DNA of 63,711 bases, the filler included, from Octopus bimaculoides (taxonomy: Eukaryota), in NCBI RefSeq assembly GCF_001194135.2. It is 3 parts of 3 records of this genome, joined end to end, with 100 filler letters (N's around TTAATTAATTAA, not from the genome) between each part and the next. Parts side by side here need not be neighbours in the genome. Positions count along the whole stretch, not along the records: positions 53,284 to 63,711 come from NC_068996.1; 2 more parts are not named here. One strand, given 5' to 3'. The notes beneath the pieces were generated by a model that searched no databases, had not been told where the DNA came from, and saw nothing but the letters and a program-made list of their open reading frames with translations. Positions within the stretch are counted from its first letter, which is position 1, and each line of letters opens with the position of its first letter. Both the position numbers and the translations under genes were made by a program. Of the stretch, positions 60,618 through 63,711 are shown piece by piece.

Positions 60618-61541
60618 TGTTACAAACGCCCGCGCAAGATCTCAACGAAGAGAAAACTCGCGCGCGCGAACGATGACGCTCAGTGAGTCAGGATGTCCAC
60701 GACTAGCTCGCTGAGAGCACGTAACGATGACAACAAAAAGAAGAAATAATACAGACCATACGTTACGTAGTCAAACTAACTTTCTTTTTCAAAACAAAAC
60801 AAAACAACATTGCATAATAATAATTCATGCTTTTGAAATAACACATGTAACATTTAACAATCGAGTTTCCAAGCATTTAACATTACAAAGCTTCTCAATC
60901 ATTTTACATAATCATTTTTTTTTTACATCACAATTAACAAGAGTTCGTGTATCGAGAGTCAATTAAAAGTTCTTCTGCTTCTTTTGGTTTTCTTTTCTTT
61001 TAACACATGTCACAACAAAGTTCTCTCTTTTCCTTTCTTTTCTTCACAAAAACATTTAACAACGCAAGTATATTTTTCTTTAAAAATATAAACAAACATT
61101 TACCGTAACAAATCACTTCTTCTGACCAACGCAGTCTACTACAATCTGCCACTACATCACTTTTGCCTGCTACAACAGTTCCATCTCTCTGTCTCTCTCT
61201 CAGATTGCTTCAGTCCCTATCTGCCTCTCTTACGGGCTAAACCCTCTCAGTCACTGGCTGCCTTCTATCCATTTTGCTGATCGGCTCTCTCTGTTAACAG
61301 CCTCTCTCTCTCTCAGTCTCTATCTGTCAGTCTCTATCACTGACTGCTTTGTCCATCTCGCTTCTTTACTGACCGCTGGCGATTCCAAATCTATGCTCCC
61401 GTATATATGACAGATAATCAGCCAGAAAGATCGGCATACCGTAGCTCACAATGCTGCGTTCCCCCTCCGAAGCTGGGTCAGTTTCGTACAGTTCCTATTT
61501 GCTTTTTAAACTTTCGATGACCGAAAGGGTCAGATATCACA
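60618..61541 (-). mobile_element. Putative solo LTR
   Basis: TGT...ACA termini (minus strand TGTGATATC...TTTGTAACA), TATA-like CATATATACGGG (about 61400 minus), CpG-rich patches. No target-site duplication or PBS found. Confidence 0.5.
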
Positions 61542-61739
61542 TTCCTACGCTATAAATAACCGTGCTCGTTGACAGGACAAAGGAAATACCAATGTCCTGA
61601 ACAACTAGAAAACGGTTTCAAACTCAGCTCGTGGAATAGGGACATAACGGTATTTTTGTTTATCGGCGGTGGTATCAGTATTATAATGAAATTAAGCGAA
61701 ACCGAGTTTAATCAGCGAGGTGCCTTTTGAAAAGTCACC

Positions 61740-62006
61740 TGATATGGTAAACCGCTGGAGTTCATTCGACCTACACTATGGCGACCAAGTACACCCTTCC
61801 ATGTCTGATAGTCAGTACCAACACGAGCGTTAAAGTTGCCCGTAAGGATAGGTTTATCCCTACGGTGACAATTGGAGAAGACGTCCTTTTCCTGATCAGT
61901 GCTGGCACGGTTGTTAAGGAGACCCTCAGCAGCCAAAGACCTGGTTTTATATCAGAGTTTCCCTCTCCTAGATGGGATGCCTTCACCACGGTTAAAGAGC
62001 CCCATC
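61740..62006 (-). pseudogene. RTE-clade APE endonuclease fragment and 5' region
   Basis: DKPILTGNFNARVGTDYQTWKGVLGRHSVGRMNSSG corresponds to LILLGDFNARVG. The host sequence GAGCCCCATC|TGCCCC continues past the MITE. Confidence 0.85.
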
Positions 62007-62732
62007 GGATCTTTGGGGTTTGACGGGCAACATTTTTTTTGTTGTGTTTTTGGTGCCGAAACACTTTCAAACTTCGAATATTTGTATATTTTGTGGTATA
62101 GAACAGATAAAAAAATTTGTATTCGAAGTTATTTTATGTAAAAAATTGTCGTATTTCGGTAATTTCAACCAATCACTGACGTCTATTGAGGTGAAAACAA
62201 TTAATGCCGTAACGGTGTCATGGGATCTTTTCCCTTGAATAAAATTAGTCCCGTTGTTTGTCAACAACAACTACCCGTGTTACTCTTATTTATGACATCG
62301 TTCGTGCGTTTGTACTGGTTTTAGCTTTAGGGTTTTAGGGTTAGGGTTCGGGTTTTAGAGTTAGGGTTAGTTTTAGGATTACGGTTNNNNNNNNNNNNNN
62401 NAAACCTAACCCTAAAACCCCAACCCTAACCCTAAAACCCCAACCCTAACCTTAAAACCCTAAACCCTTACTAGGGAATAATGATATAATTAAACAAGGA
62501 ATAACACACTTGATACTGAACAGCAGTAACTGTATTCAGCTGAATAGACGTCAGTGATTGGTTGAAATTACAGAAATACGACAACTTTAACATGAAATAA
62601 CTTGCGATGTACAATTTTTTGTTAAGAAGGTTAAGATAAGAAGTTGTTTTATATGACACATTCTACCAGTGTCCCAAGTTTGAAAGTGTTTCGTTAAGAA
62701 AACAAATGTTGCCCGTCAAACCCCAAAGATCC
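62007..62732. mobile_element. Non-autonomous TIR element with perfect 28-bp TIRs, an 8-bp TSD and GG termini (Merlin-like), carrying central telomere-like repeats
   Basis: GGATCTTTGGGGTTTGACGGGCAACATT (62007-62034) and its reverse complement (62705-62732). GCCCCATC at 61999-62006 and 62733-62740. Confidence 0.9.
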
Positions 62733-63111
62733 GCCCCATCTGCCCCCTAATATATGGAACTAAATACAGCACACCAGTACCATTGCTATCATTACACTTG
62801 GAAAATGAATGCCTTTTTCTTTCTGTCCTTGGACAGATCTGATGCTTTTTCTATCACTGATATGAATCGAGCGACTTTTGAGCTTGGTTATTTTTGTCTA
62901 TTTTTTCTGTCGATTGAGAAAAAGAAAAAGACGTTTGTTTACAGTTGTAAAAATGCTGCAACAGCACTAGTGAGTGCTGTTTACTGCATAAATAAATAAT
63001 CTATGTAAGTGATTATCTGTCTGTGTAACTAACTCTTTAACTTCCTCTTTTTCAATATATCTGTCTCTGTATTCATGTATGCATATAGGCGCGTGTGTTT
63101 TTTATGTGTAT

Positions 63112-63711
63112 ACTAGCAGAGATACCCGGCGTTGCCCGTGTTACATGCAATTGAAGAATGAGACTTTTCTGTTATATTTTCTGTAAAGAACTGGAATACA
63201 TATGATTCGAATTTCATGAAAATTGTACATGAGGGTTCTCTCCCTCTTTACACACCCTAAAAAAATTCTAATCATGGGACATGTATCCCATACAATTGAT
63301 CTTTATGCGCATATTCCAAAATTTCAGTCTTCTGGTACCAGTAAAAAGGATTTTGCTCCTGAAAAATGGAGCTCATGGAGCTCTAAAATGTAGGAATGAA
63401 GGCCCCTATTGGGGGTGGGGGTGTTAATGTCAACCAGAGAAGTTGAATTGTTGGGAATGTTTTTAACTTGGGTCTTATAGTATGCCTGTATATATGTGAG
63501 AGCATAGTCTCACTTTAATAGTTTCAATATGAAATTGAAAGTATTAAAGTGAAAATATTTGAAATTACAGTAGCGACATGTTATTGCTTCACTTTTGACA
63601 GGTAATACTGAAATAGTGGAATAGTTTAAGTGTTAGAGTGAAAGTATCTGACATTACAGTAGAGTGATGTTATTGTTTCACTTTTGACATGTAATACTGA
63701 AATAGTGGAGG
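63112..63711 (+). mobile_element. Helentron/Helitron2-like non-autonomous element with an 89-bp internal tandem repeat, running off the window
   Basis: Start ACTAGCAGAGATACCCGGCGTTGCCCG. The unit ATTACAGTAG...TATCTGAC begins at 63564 and again at 63653. Confidence 0.6.

Noticed and set aside
61503-61535. CGATGA-CC-GAAA-GG-GTC resembling a hammerhead core
   Set aside because: The core elements are in the wrong arrangement (GAAA is a loop, and there is no CUGANGA or stems I and III).
62320-62470. Ancestral telomere-telomere fusion site
   Set aside because: The repeats lie inside a TIR element with a perfect 8-bp TSD, so they are transposon cargo.

Overview
This is an AT-rich, gap-riddled eukaryotic window in which I cannot support any host protein-coding exon. 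The repeat content suggests a coleoid cephalopod, probably Octopus; that is an inference from recognised repeat families, not a database result. The content is: three tRNA-derived SINE families (my labels SINE-A, -B, -C) in dozens of copies; RTE-LINE tails and ORF fragments; degraded mariner, Tc1 and maT-like transposons; hAT-, piggyBac- and Merlin-like MITEs; fragments of a restriction-like-endonuclease (R4/Dong-type) LINE and a CR1-group LINE; a decayed Ty3/Gypsy element with one intact LTR; a putative solo LTR; a Helentron-like end; and many microsatellites. Nearly all long ORFs in the track are artefacts of N-gaps or microsatellites. The most notable signal is a set of minimal hammerhead ribozymes (HHR) in Penelope-like (PLE) terminal repeats, at 1614-1659(-), 27434-27489(+), 31850-31884(+) and 33289-33334(+). 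A fold-back element at 18380-18738 also carries, in each arm, a hammerhead-topology motif whose core reads GUGAACA/GUGAAUA instead of CUGANGA, an apparent swap of the C3:G8 pair to G3:C8. Two 44N-TTAATTAATTAA-44N blocks are assembly linkers.
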